The notes beneath the pieces were generated by a model. It did not search any database and was not told the DNA's origin. It saw only the letters and a program-made list of their open reading frames with translations. A program made the position numbers and the translations under genes. From Macrostomum lignano (Eukaryota), in assembly GCA_002269645.1 (NCBI GenBank), contig NIVC01000435.1:62001-126000 (forward strand): a stretch of DNA of 64,000 nucleotides, in the 5' to 3' direction. Shown here in pieces: positions 36,251 to 49,100 of this stretch; within the stretch, counting starts at the first letter, position 1; each line of letters begins with the position of its first letter.

Positions 36251-38807
36251 GTCTTACACCCTTATCAAATACCTTGATTTACAAACTTAAAAGCCAACTA
36301 TTTTTATATTTTGATTAATATTAATAAATATATTTAGAATTAAGTTTTTTATTTTTTTTATTTACTTTTTTATTTTTATTATTACTTTTTTAGTTTTATA
36401 TTACTATAAATATTGCCAATATTATTGATACAGGAAGTTAAACAGGTTGAACTGAAATAAATTAATGAATACCTTAATAAATAGTTTATAGTTATCTTAT
36501 TATAATCAGAGACTATTTCATATTTAGCCTTGTAACTGTATCTTTTATTTTCATAATGAGTTTAAACTAACTAAAGCTGCTAAATTCAGTTTAGGTGTGA
36601 ATATAGCTTAGCATTTTTATTAGCTTGTACTATATCTATAAATAATGGAAAGTACAAAGGAAGCCAAGGGTGTTTCAAAACTAAAAAAATGATGAATGAT
36701 ATCATACCCCACTTATTTGCCTTCAAAAGGATGGATTTGTGGTTAAATGTAACTGGACCATAGCTACAAGTAATATACATTATATAAACTTAGTATTTAT
36801 TTTAGTTGTGTAAATAATGTGTAAATAGGCCCCTAGGCCTATACTATGTAAATAATGACGGTACCCATTAAATGGGTGCCCATTTTTTAGCCATTTAATT
36901 AGGGAAATTACTTTTTAAACCTTAAGTCTGGGGTTCTAAAAAATCTACTAAAAGTCTAGGTCTAGCTAGTCAAAGACTAAAGCTTTTGAAATAATTATTG
37001 TTTATTTAGAAAAGTGAAAACCTATATTTTTTAAATCTATTCACAAAAGATATTTTCACAAAAATATATCATCGCAGTCAATGTATGTTTTGAAAAGCTA
37101 CTAGCAAAGCAAAGCAAACCGACCGATATTACGCACCGCGTGCGTAAAGATCGGTGATATGATAATAATGTATCTACGAAACTTGAATCAATCGATCATG
37201 ATTAAATGATGACAATTATGAAAATCAAATTTGTTTGTAACACTTAATTCTACGTCACAGTAAAAAAGCTCCAATTTATTTACTTCTTGTGCACTAAAGC
37301 TTTGCTTTTGAAATTCAAAATCAGTTGAAAGTACAAAGCAAAAGCTTAAAAAAGAAATTACTGCACTTTTTGTTGAAACTATAAAATATTTAGGTAAGTA
37401 ATTCCGGCAGAGTATTTTTTGAAAACTCTCTAACATTACTTACTTACTTTTCTAAAATTCCGTTCTGAGTGAATTCTTTTTTACTTTGTGTTAGGAGCAG
37501 CAAAAAATCTAAGTACTGTTAAAGCCAGGTTTATGTGAATAAATATTACAATTATCAGCCAGTCATCCCACCTAATAAACTTTAGTACTTAATATTAATA
37601 TTATTGCTACTAATGTTAAATATTTCTTTAGTAAAAAAAATACAAGTTTTTGTTTTTCCTGGGAAATTGAGCCAATTATAAAATATAAAATTGTTAAAAA
37701 AAGTGCAGTAATTTGAAATTAGTATATTCTAACACGCGCGCAATTTAGCAACTAGATTTTTTAGACTTACGCCGGACTTATACCGCATATTTCTTACACG
37801 GTCATCATTATTTAAGAAGTCTGTGGTGGCATCTTCTTTATCTGATTTTACCTCACCTAAAATGGAAAAAGAAAAGTAAGTCTTCTACAAAAATCCTTTA
37901 TTTAATTTGACATTTACTTTTGGCCTATTAATATTGTCTGCTATACATTAATTAGGCCTATAATTACAACTAGGGGCCTAACTTTTATTAATTTATTAAT
38001 AAAACCTAAAAGCCAATAATGACAATAAGTTTGCTATTTAATAATAAATAAATATAAAAATAAGTCTAAATTATATATTTTGCTAGCCCAAACCCTAAAC
38101 TCTTGTCCAGACTCCAATCCAATCCAATATAAGTTAGACCTAATATGACCTTTATGCCCTATGTTATGGCCCTATGCCTATGGGCTTATAAACAGATATC
38201 AATCGCATCTAGTAGGCTAAGCTAGGCCTAGGCCTATATATTTTATTTTATTTTATACTCTATTGATTATAATTGATCACTATTGTTTTGGTCACAACTG
38301 ACAAGATATTTTGGTCACAGTTTTTTTGGTGACAAGAAAAAGACCTTTCTGGTGATAGCCATTGTGGTTAAAGTAGAAAATTATCTTGCTAATCATAACT
38401 GATACAAAACCCAAATTTTTTGTTTCTGAAATTACAAAGTATTTTTTATTCATTTTTGTTCATTCACTATTATAGAGTAATAATGTTTTGAATTTGTATG
38501 GCAAAATCCAAAAACGTCGGATAAAACGGTAAAACAAATCTGCGGACATTCGATGGAAAGTAATGTATCTAAAAAAGGTTTTTGAAAGATAGATAGGTCT
38601 TTAGAAAATAGTTCTGGATAAAAACTATTGTTTTCATGTTTTATATTGTTGAATAAATAAGAAAAAACCACAAAAAAGCATTTTGAAAGTCCAAGTTGAC
38701 CGATTTGCAGTTTTTTGTTTCACTTTTTTTCATTATTAAACAAATAATTTTAAGACTTGTAGGCCTTAGAGAAGGCTAATTTTTTTACTACTTACAAAAC
38801 AGAAAGT

Positions 38808-40814
38808 AGGGACTCCAGTGAGGTTACCGTAAAGCTGATAATTACACGAAAAATCGTAAAATAATGTTTTTTAAAAATGAAATTGCCATGCATAGAAAAT
38901 GTTTATAGTAAAAACAAAATATACATGTTAAAGAAGAGTTTCTATTCTTTTTAATGAGATAAAGAAACAAAAAATATATACATTGTATGCCGAGTAATGT
39001 CCCACTGAACTTCGTCTTTTTTTTAATACACTCGTTTTGTTGCCAAAAAAAGTGACTTTCGAAAGTTCGTTTTTTTTGTTGGAAAGCAATTATTTTAACA
39101 AAATATAACTATTTATTGATACAAACAACTATATTTACAAACATTTTTTGACATTTTTAGAAGAAATTTTTTTTCTTTTCTCCCTATTTAGACAGTATAA
39201 AAAAATTAAAGTTGAATAAAAATCGTACCCGTATTTCCGAAGCTTAGTAAAACCCGGAAATGAATGCTACTCCGTAATATGATTACATTAAAAAAAACCG
39301 CACATGTCTATCTACATCCGCCAAAAAGTTATTGAAGCCTGTTTTTTTCCTATCTCTTCAGTGTAAAATAGACGGATAAAACAGAAAATTTAAATTTTTT
39401 TCTAGCAGTAATTTCCGAAGACTATTCTTCTACTGCATTTAATAGAGGAACTTATAGGAATTCTTCACAGCACTTTTATATCTTTCCACATACATCCGCC
39501 GAGGAGCAGCAGCAATGTTTGCTTTTTAGTAGCGATACTACTTACATACTACTTCTATAAAAAGTGGCTTATTATGGCTTTTCTTAACCAAAAAGAAGAC
39601 GTTTTACCATTGCAAATTAGTTTTGAAGGCAAAATAATACAAATAAATGTATGCTTTAGCTTATTGAGCTATAGCAATTGCAATCCCAATAAATGACCCC
39701 TTGAATGCACGTAACCTTGGTCTGCAATTCAAACTCCCATAAAAATGAACTGAATTTCATAAGAAATTGTGTTTATTCCATTTGTAAGTTTAATAAGCAA
39801 CTTCACAATATACAATTTTAAGTACAATATATTTTTAAATACTTCTTTACACTTGTTTACAGAAATGTTCATCGGTAACTTTATTCACAATATACAATTT
39901 TACAATAAGGATAGGCTCAATCAAAAAATATACAAGACAATAATAGTATCAACAATTATTTACCTATATGTTTTACAGTTAAAAAGCAAAGCAGACAATA
40001 TACATTATGTGTGTAAAGACAATAAGCATTAAATATATGCTAACTTCAGTCTTCAGTTGCAGCTACTCAACAAGCAATAATATTGGAAAAAAAGAACAAG
40101 AGCTTTTAAATAAACCAAAGTACACAAAAAAAACATTTTCATATGTTTTTCATTAAAAAAACAAATCAAACTTTATATATATTCATTAGTCTAAAAAATA
40201 TAATCATTCAAAGTTGAAAAATGTGCAATTTTAAGATATGCTATCAAGTTCCAGTAGCAAAAAAGTCACAAAATTGGTGAATTTTTTAACCTTTGTCAAT
40301 ATATAGGAAAAAATGGTATAAAAATATATACTTTTATATGTTGTGGAGTAAACAAATAAAAAAGATTTCAGAAAAAGCAATTAACTTTTAAATAATAGTC
40401 ATTTGAAATTTTAATTTTGCTCTATTTTTGATGTGCATTTTTCACTTTTTAAAAATTCAAATGCAAACCCCAAGAAAGATACATTAGAAAGAATAAAAAC
40501 AATTTGTTAATCTTATGTAGAACTGCTTGGTCTTTAAAATGATACCAGACTCAATATTGTATATTGAATAGCAAAAAAGATATGACAACAAAAAGTGAAA
40601 AATTTTGTTTTTGTACATCTAATGGCAACAATCTATAATGTATTTTTCCTATCTAAAAAACGTAATTTTTTGGGCACAAAAAATGCTATAACTTTTTTAT
40701 TACTCAACCAAATTTAATAAGTGAAGCCATTTTGTGATGCTGTTATTGTCCTCTATCAGATATATATCTGAAAATATATAAATTTTAAAGTTTCAAAATC
40801 TCACTGGAGTCCCT
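38808..40814. mobile_element. ~2-kb non-autonomous DNA transposon
   Basis: Perfect 15-bp TIR AGGGACTCCAGTGAG. Flanking direct repeat ACAGAAAGT (38799-38807 and 40815-40823). AT-rich interior with no transposase ORF. Confidence 0.85.
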
Positions 40815-41102
40815 ACAGAAAGTAATCTGTGTTTTACTTTTTATTTAATTCAAAAAGATGAAGTATTTCTAAGGATTTCAAAGTTTTTTTAAAACCATAT
40901 AAACTCGCGAAAATTCATACTAATATAAAGTGCAAAGTTTGCCAGCAAACATCTTTCTCTAAAAGTAAATATATCGCTAATTCCTTGTTGCAAAATAATC
41001 TTTAAGTTGTTTTCTTTCATTTAAATATCAACTTGCATAGTATTAGTATTTGTAATATGCCTATATTTAGACTTAAAAATTTTGGGTAAAAAATGGTACC
41101 AC

Positions 41103-42170
41103 AAAATGTGAACCCGGCATCCAAATCAGATGCTTACTGTATGCTCATTAAGCGACAAAGAACAATGAAATTACACTAAAACATGTATCATTGCGGCGTG
41201 TATGCAGGAAAAAAAGAATTTTCCAAATTGCTTAAGTAGAAGCTGAGTAAAATGCAATTTTCCAATCCTTATGGGAATTCCAATGTGTTACCCGGCTTCC
41301 AAATCAGATGCTTACTGTATGCTCATTAAGCGACGAAGAACAATGAAATTACACTAAAACATGTATTATTGCGGCGTGTATGCAGGAAAAAAAGAATTTT
41401 CCAAATTGCTTTAGTAGAAGCTGAGTAAAATGCAATTTTCCAATCCTTATGGGAATTCCAAGGTGTTACCCGGCTTCCAAATCAGATGCTTACTGTATGC
41501 TCATTAAGCGACAAAGAACAATGAAATTACACTAAAACATGTATTATTGCGGTGTATATGCAGGAAAAAAAGAATTTTCCAAATTGCTTTAGTAGAAGCT
41601 GAGTAAAATGCAATTTTCCAATCCTTATGGGAATTCCAATGTGTTACCCGGCTTCCAAATCAGATGCTTACTGTATGCTCATTAAGCAACGAAGAACAAT
41701 GAAATTACACTAAAACATGTATCATCGCAGCGTGTATGCAGGAAAAAAAGAATTTTCCAAATTGCTTTAGTAGAAGCTGAGTAAAATGCAATTTTCCAAT
41801 CCTTATGGGAATTCCAATGTGTTACCCGGTTTCCAAATCAGATGCTTACTGTATGCTCATTAAGCAACGAAGAACAATGAAATTACACTAAAACATGTAT
41901 CATCGCGGCGTGTATGCAGGAAAAAAAGAATTTTCCAAATTGCTTTAGTAGAAGCTGAGTAAAATGCAATTTTCCAATCCTTATGGGAATTCCAATGTGT
42001 TACCGGGTTTCCAAATCAGATGCTTACTGTATGCTCATTAAGCAACGAAGAACAATGAAATTACACTAAAACATGTATCATCGCGGCGTGTATGCAGGAA
42101 AAAAAGAATTTTCCAAATCGATTTAGTAGAAGCTGAGTAAAATGCAATTTTCCGATCCTTATGGGAATTT
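41103..42170. repeat. 178-bp satellite-like tandem repeat, 6 copies
   Basis: Anchors at 41113, 41291, 41469, 41647, 41825 and 42003 (period exactly 178); few substitutions. Confidence 0.97.
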
Positions 42171-43858
42171 GTATGTTTAAATAATAAACTTACGTTGAAT
42201 ACAATTTATTGCAAACAAACTCTACAAAATACACGTTGTCAAGAGTAACGAAAGTGGTAAACAAATAAACCCTTGAAAATAATGTTAAATATGTTGTAGA
42301 ATTATAGAGTGTAACATTATAAGATAGTTAAAGTTAATAAAATACATTATTATAGCTTTTCTATCATTTTCATTAGACTCATTTTAGGTCATAATTAAAC
42401 TTACCGTTTTAACAAATCATTTTATTAAAAATAAAGCTATACAAAAATAATTTGTGCTTTAATAGACTTTTTTACCTTTTAAAAACTTGAGTAAATTTAT
42501 TTTATAGCTTTATTGCTTTCAAATTGCCAAAAAACGAATTTTCATAAAACTTGCCCCCGATTTTTGGATTTCACCATATATTTTCTAAATCCAAGGTGTG
42601 TATATTTCTGTTAGTTATGTCTCTGCTTTTCTCATAGTCAGCATTTTGTAATGAAGATCCTTGAATATATTTATGGTCTATATGAGGTTAAGGCAGAGAA
42701 AATTTTCTTGGAACACATGGGATTTGCTGACACCAATAAGATGGGCAGATTCTGCATTTGAATTGCCACTAGCATTGAGTTTGCACAAATAAAATCCGGA
42801 AAATTGTGCAGACAAATCACTATGAAATTCTTTTCTCCTGTTTTACTCCAACTGCCGGGGTCCTCAATTCCAGGGGGGGGTAGTCATAATCAATTGTAGC
42901 AAAGCAGTCATTAAAGCGGCATGGTCGTTCAGATGGTAGACACCAGAGATTCTGACACCGTAACTTAATGTGTCATTCTGTTGAGCTGATTACTAACAGC
43001 TGCTACCACCATAATTTATGTATTATGGAACGTTGAAGTCTTGGGCTTTCTTGGAGTTCAGAACTTTGGGTTGTTTTATGCCCTATAGGCAAATAACTCT
43101 ATATAAAGTATAGACTTAATAAACAAACAATTACTTATTAATATTGCTGTTTTTTATTATTGTAATTGTAATTGCAATTAATTTTAATACAAGATAATAG
43201 CTAATGTGAAAGAACTAATGAGACGGTCTATCGACTGATGAGTCTGACGTATCGGGTGCTGAGTAAAATATTAATAAAGTTTAACGCAAAGAGCTAAACA
43301 GCAAATAGAGAGAAAAGTAATAAAGGAAAGGCAAAAAAAGCATGGAAAACAAGCACCAGACAACACGGTATAAATAATAAGATTTTCTCGCCAAAGGGCA
43401 AGGCATCCATGGATTTAGTGGATGGAAAATGTTAGCCACCACCAAAATCCTTCGCTGTAATGCAAAACCTATTGAAAAAGATTATTAAGGAGAATTACAT
43501 TGTTTAGGGTAGTAATTAAGGCATAGTGTGGAGAGGCAAAATACATTTGATAGGACAGAGCCCGCCTGGGTCAACCAGTGGCATAACGTCAGGAGCTTGC
43601 AGTGGCAAATTTACGTAAAATTACTTGAAATTAAAGCATACTAATATTATTAATATCAAGTAGTGATGTTTCAAATTTCGACACCATTCATCAAAAATCA
43701 TTTCAAAATTTTGGTTATATTTTAACAATTTACACATTGATGATCATGCTACACGAGAAAAAAAATCTATAGGAAGTGAAAGGAAGTGCGGTTCAAAGAC
43801 TCAGTGGGGAGGTGAGAATTGCCTTTTCTACAAGAAAGATATAGATATAGATAGCCTA

Positions 43859-44155
43859 CCTGATTGCAGCGCATGGGCATTTTGGCGGACGGTGTCCGGC
43901 GCGGATCAGCCTGCGCGGCGCAGCATTGGTGGTGGACCAGGGGTAAGTCGCAAAAATGCCACCCCATAGAATATGGGCGTAGTACTAATTAGATGCCGAG
44001 GCATTTAGGCTTGATAAGACAGTCATAGTTACTCCTGCCGTTTACCCAAAACTGCATTAATTTTGCTTTAGGTTTCTTTCACAGGTAAGTCATTTCACAG
44101 TGTGGCGCAGGTTGTGTAGGCGTCTGGCGTACTTAAGCCATGCGCTGCAATAGGG
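43859..44155. mobile_element. MITE with 8-bp TSD (hAT-like)
   Basis: TIR CC(TG/CT)ATTGCAGCGCATGG; perfect TSD ATAGCCTA (43851-58, 44156-63). Confidence 0.85.
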
Positions 44156-46156
44156 ATAGCCTAAATATAGACATACTACATATACTAATACTATACAAGT
44201 TGATATTTAAATGAAAGAAAACAACTTAAAGATTATTTTGCAACAAGGAATTAGCAGTATATTTACTTTTAGAGAAAGATGTTTGCTGGAAAACTTTGCA
44301 CTTTAATAAGTATGAGTCTTCTGTAAACTTTCATTATAGATCCAGAATTTCCACCCGGATCTAATTGCATTACTAGAATAGGAAAAAATTCTGAGTGAAC
44401 ACAAAAAATTCTAGGCAAAATTCCAGGTGAAAAGTTCAACTAATCTAAATCTAAAATCTAAAAGTTTCTTTTAAATAAAATTTTTTCTAGTATAGGTTAA
44501 GATATGCAATGATCTTGACCATAGATTATTATTTATAATTGTCTAAGTATACTAATTGATATAACCTAGGATTATTATAGAGCTACACTTTAAATCTATT
44601 TCATGATATGCTAGAAAAAGTAATCTCATATGCTATAAATTTAAGTTTATGCTAAAAAATTAACTTATGATATTTATATATATATACCAGATATCAAAAA
44701 GGCATTGCAACACTAAAGGACCTTTTTGTATTGCAACAATAAAGGACCTTTTTTGCATTGTGGCAATATAGGACCCTTTCTTGCATGATTACATTTTATT
44801 CTTTTGTATGCCAATAGCTACACCATATGTTGGCTTTGTAGCATACTTTTCTGGCAGATTTTTTGTGTGCTAGAAACTTTATACCAACCATTTTTTATAT
44901 CTGTTGTATGTTAGAATTTTTAGCATATATGTAAGCCCTATTGGAATAGAATCACCAAAACCTGCAGATGCTGCACAGGGGTACTTCAAAGGGCCTTATC
45001 ACAGCCCTATTGGAATAAGTGGCTTGGACATTCCTGTGCAAAAGACTAAAAACAGTTAATTTACTTATGTGCATATGCAACTAGGTAAATGGCAAGAGTA
45101 ACTATGACTATCTTATTAAGACTAAATGCCTCATTATTTAATTAGTACTACATCTATATTCTTTTTAAATGGGCATTTTTGTTACTCATCCTTGGTCCAA
45201 CACAATTTACCTGGATCTGCTAGGTTGGCCAGCAGTTGAACATGTATGATTTCTAGAAATCATTGATGCAGTTTAACAATTTTTCTGCAAATAATTATTG
45301 TACTGTATTTATATAAGAGTGGGTTATATAGGATAATAAATCCCTAAATTTTTGGCTTAAGATCTTATCTCTCTTTATTGATCATTAAGCAAGGCATATA
45401 TTAGATTTGAATTGTATCTTTATAAATGGAGCCTTTAGATAACAGTGCTATCTATTCTAAAGTGAATATAGAATAGATGAGTTATTCTATATTCAACTTT
45501 ATTCTACAATAATTGATATAAGTAGATTATATTAAAATGACTATAGAACAAAACTGAAAAAGATATCTGTTTCACTTTATGTTTATCTTTTTAGGAGATT
45601 AGAGATTATAGCACAAAAATAAAAAAAATATTAAATGTAGTTTCCACACTAACTAATTTCAGTCAATCATTCTAGAGACAGAACCCCTAAGCATTAAACC
45701 AAAACATTAGAATTGAACATATAATAGGCTTATGTTCATTTTTTAGCATGCTTTTATACGAATATGCACCTTCTCCCATTTAACTTTTGTCTTACAATTG
45801 TGATTGACTAATTGACATTTAATAGTTTGAAAACTTAGTGATAGATAATTTTTTTGTATTGAAATCAAATAAATGTTTAAGCAAATAAACTTCATGCCTA
45901 TTTATCAATGCTATTACTTTCTGATTTAAGTGCTTATAGTAGTAGCTATTTTAATTTAGTCTAGGCTTTTGGAGCTAGGTAAGTTTTGTTGTGACATGTT
46001 TTCTATCAAAATCCCTAAATTCAGATTTTAGATCGATATTTAAAAGTAAAGACATTAGAGTATTTAACAAATTGTTATTATAGTTGGTTTTATTTTAACA
46101 AAGAGTTGGATGTTTTTTTTAATTTCAGTTTCAATCCTTTGGTTTATGATTCAAGA

Positions 46157-49100
46157 ATGAGTGATGCAACACAGGATTCTACATTTGCCGCACTGCAATC
46201 GCCATTCCCTGCTGGTAAGAAAATATATAGCCAATGTCTTTGCTTTTGCCATTTTAATTAGTTTTAACTGCTAATTACTAACTGCTTAATTTATGTTTTA
46301 GCAGCAATTGGGACAAAAAGTGTAAAGAAGTTTGCCAATATTGCTCATGGTGCCGAGCCTGATGAGGTTTGTGATTTTTTTATCTAATGTTTTTCATATT
46401 CAATTTTAATGTTAGAAACAATTTGTTAAAATTTAGAAGCATTTTGCTTTTTTCTTGCAGAAAATGACCAAACTAGTGCAGGAGAATTTCGATTTACGTT
46501 TGCACTGCTATCATTTAAAAGAGAAACTGGATAAAGTCACCAATGGAGCGGATGTTTCTACTGATTTGGTTAGTTAGTTATTACTTGGTTTACCCAAATA
46601 AGTATGGCTTTATATATTAGAAACTTCATTCCAAAATGTTGTTTTTCAATCATCTTTGGCTCGAAATGTGCATCTTGCAGTTTACAAAACGAGCCTGTGA
46701 ACTGAATCTGTAAACTGTGCATCTACTCTGTCTATTTAGAATTTCACGTAGAGAGCCTCAATTCGATTGTTGTAATCTAATTTTTATTAGAAATTTCGTA
46801 ATGAGCCACACTAAACAGCGATTTCGACTCGCAGTATAGCGTAGGGAGCCTCAGGATTTTAATTTTATCAATTGCGAATTTAAATGTACAGACCCGCTTA
46901 GCCTACTTAGAATACCACGTAGAAAGCCTCTTGATTTTAATTTTATCGAATGTAAAATTAAATTTAGACTCGCGTCGCCTACTTAGAATCACGCTTAGAG
47001 AGCCTCCTAATATTAATTTTATCGATTTTAAATTCAAATTTAGACTCGCGTCGCCTACTTAGAATCACGCGTAGAGAGCCTGACTCGCGAACTAGAAGTT
47101 AAGCGACGCCTATTAACCGAAGGCTCCGAAGCGCTCAGCCAGTTAGACGAACAATTAAAATCTGCTCAAATCGAACGCGACGACGCCGAAGCTCGATGCG
47201 CCAAATTACGCGAGCAACTCGACAACGCCGTTTCTGCCAATGTCGTCGGCGGCACAAGCAGCTTACCTAATAACAACGATTCCAATGCCGCCGCGACAGC
47301 TCCGGGCGCTTCAACGTCGGCTGGCGGCGCGTCTTCGTCTACGAAATCTGGCGATTTGAATGAGCAGCGCATATTGAAGATGGCCGGTCTGTTGCAGGGC
47401 TCCTGGCGGAGGCAGGAGAAGCTCGAGTCTCGCCTAGCCAAGGCTGAGACAGAAGCGGCCAAACTCAAAGAACTGGAAGCCGCTGCGGAAGAGTGCGGTT
47501 TTGCCTTGGCCGAACTGCCCGATCGAGTGGCCGAGCTGAATAGGGAACTGGAGGCTGCGAATGCCTCGCTGGCTGATGCTGGCACCGTTATTGAGGTATA
47601 AGCTAGTGCTACTAAAGTGCTAGTGTGATTTTATTGGATCTGATGCTAAATGATATTGAATTTTTGTGATAACTCAGATGGCTGTTCGTGGGATGCTTAG
47701 CTTGAGATATTTCTAGAAATTCGATTTGTTCTTAAATCATAAATAGCTAAGATCTTTAGTATCTGGGATCTGATGCTCAAATGGGATTATCTACTATTTG
47801 GGATCTGATGCTCAAATGAGATTATCTACTATCTGAGATCTGATGCTCAAATGGGATCTACTATCTGAGATCTGATGCTCAAATGGGATTATCTACTATC
47901 CGAGATCTGATGCTCAAATGGGATTATCTACTATCCGAGATCTGATGCTCAAATGGGATTATCTACTATTTGGGATCTGATGCTCAAATGGGATTTCTCC
48001 TATCTGGGATCTGATGCTCAAATGGGATTTCTACTATCTGAGATCTGATGCTCAAATGGGATTTCTCCTATCTGAGATCTGATGCTCAAATGGGATCTAC
48101 TATCTGAGATCTGATGCTCAAATGGGATTATCAACTATTTGAGATCTGATGCTCAAATGGGATTATCTACTATCTGGGATCTGATGCTCAAATGGGATTT
48201 CTACTATCTGAGATCTGATGCTCAAATGGGATTTCTCCTATCTGAGATCTGATGCTCAAATGGGATCTACTATCTGAGATCTGATGCTCAAATGGGATTA
48301 TCAACTATTTGAGATCTGATGCTCAAATGGGATTATCTACTATCTGGGATCTGATGCTCAAATGGGATTATCTACTATTTGGGATCTGATGCTCAAATGG
48401 GATTATCTACTATCTGAGATCTGATGCTCAAATGAGATTATCTACTATCTGAGATCTGATGCTCAAATGGGATTATCAACTATTTGGGATCTGATGCTCA
48501 AATGGGATTTCTCCTATCTGGGATCTGATGCTCAAATGAGATTATCTACTATCTGAGATCTGATGCTCAAATGGGATTATCAACTATTTGGGATCTGATG
48601 CTCAAATGGGATTTTCTCCTATCTGGGATCTGATGCTCAAATGAGATTATCTACTATCTGAGATCTGATGCTCAAATGGGATTATCAACTATTTGGGATC
48701 TGATGCTCAAAAGGGATTTCTCCTATCTGGGATCTGATGCTCAAATGTGATTATCAACTATTTGGGATCTGATGCTCAAATGGGATTATCAACTATTTGG
48801 GATCTGATGCTCAAATGGGATTTCTCCTATCTGGGATCTGATGCTCAAATGTGATTATCAACTATTTGGGATCTGATGCTCAAATGGGATTATCAACTAT
48901 TTGGGATCTGATGCTCAAATGGGATTTCTCCTATTTGGGATCTGATGCTCAAATGGGATTTTCTCCTATCTGGGATCTGATGCTCAAGTTCAAAAATTTC
49001 TTTGGATAAATCCTCCGATGAGAACTCTTGCATTGTTATTCTGACTTAGTGCTATGCATCATATTAATCACTCTGTTATCCTTCCTCATTGCACAGAATC

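Larger units (their letters stand above)
40915..44316. repeat. Pair of ~155-bp inverted repeats (40915..41070 and 44161..44316)
   Basis: aaagtgcaaagtttgccagcaaacatctttctctaaaagtaaatat...tttaaatatcaacttgcatagtattagta is the reverse complement of 44161-44316, with few mismatches. Confidence 0.85.

Noticed and set aside
37350-37715. Short inverted match (aattactgcacttttt / aaaaaagtgcagtaatt) and a small hairpin at ~37118-37152
   Set aside because: Too short or degenerate in AT-rich DNA to define an element; no TSD.
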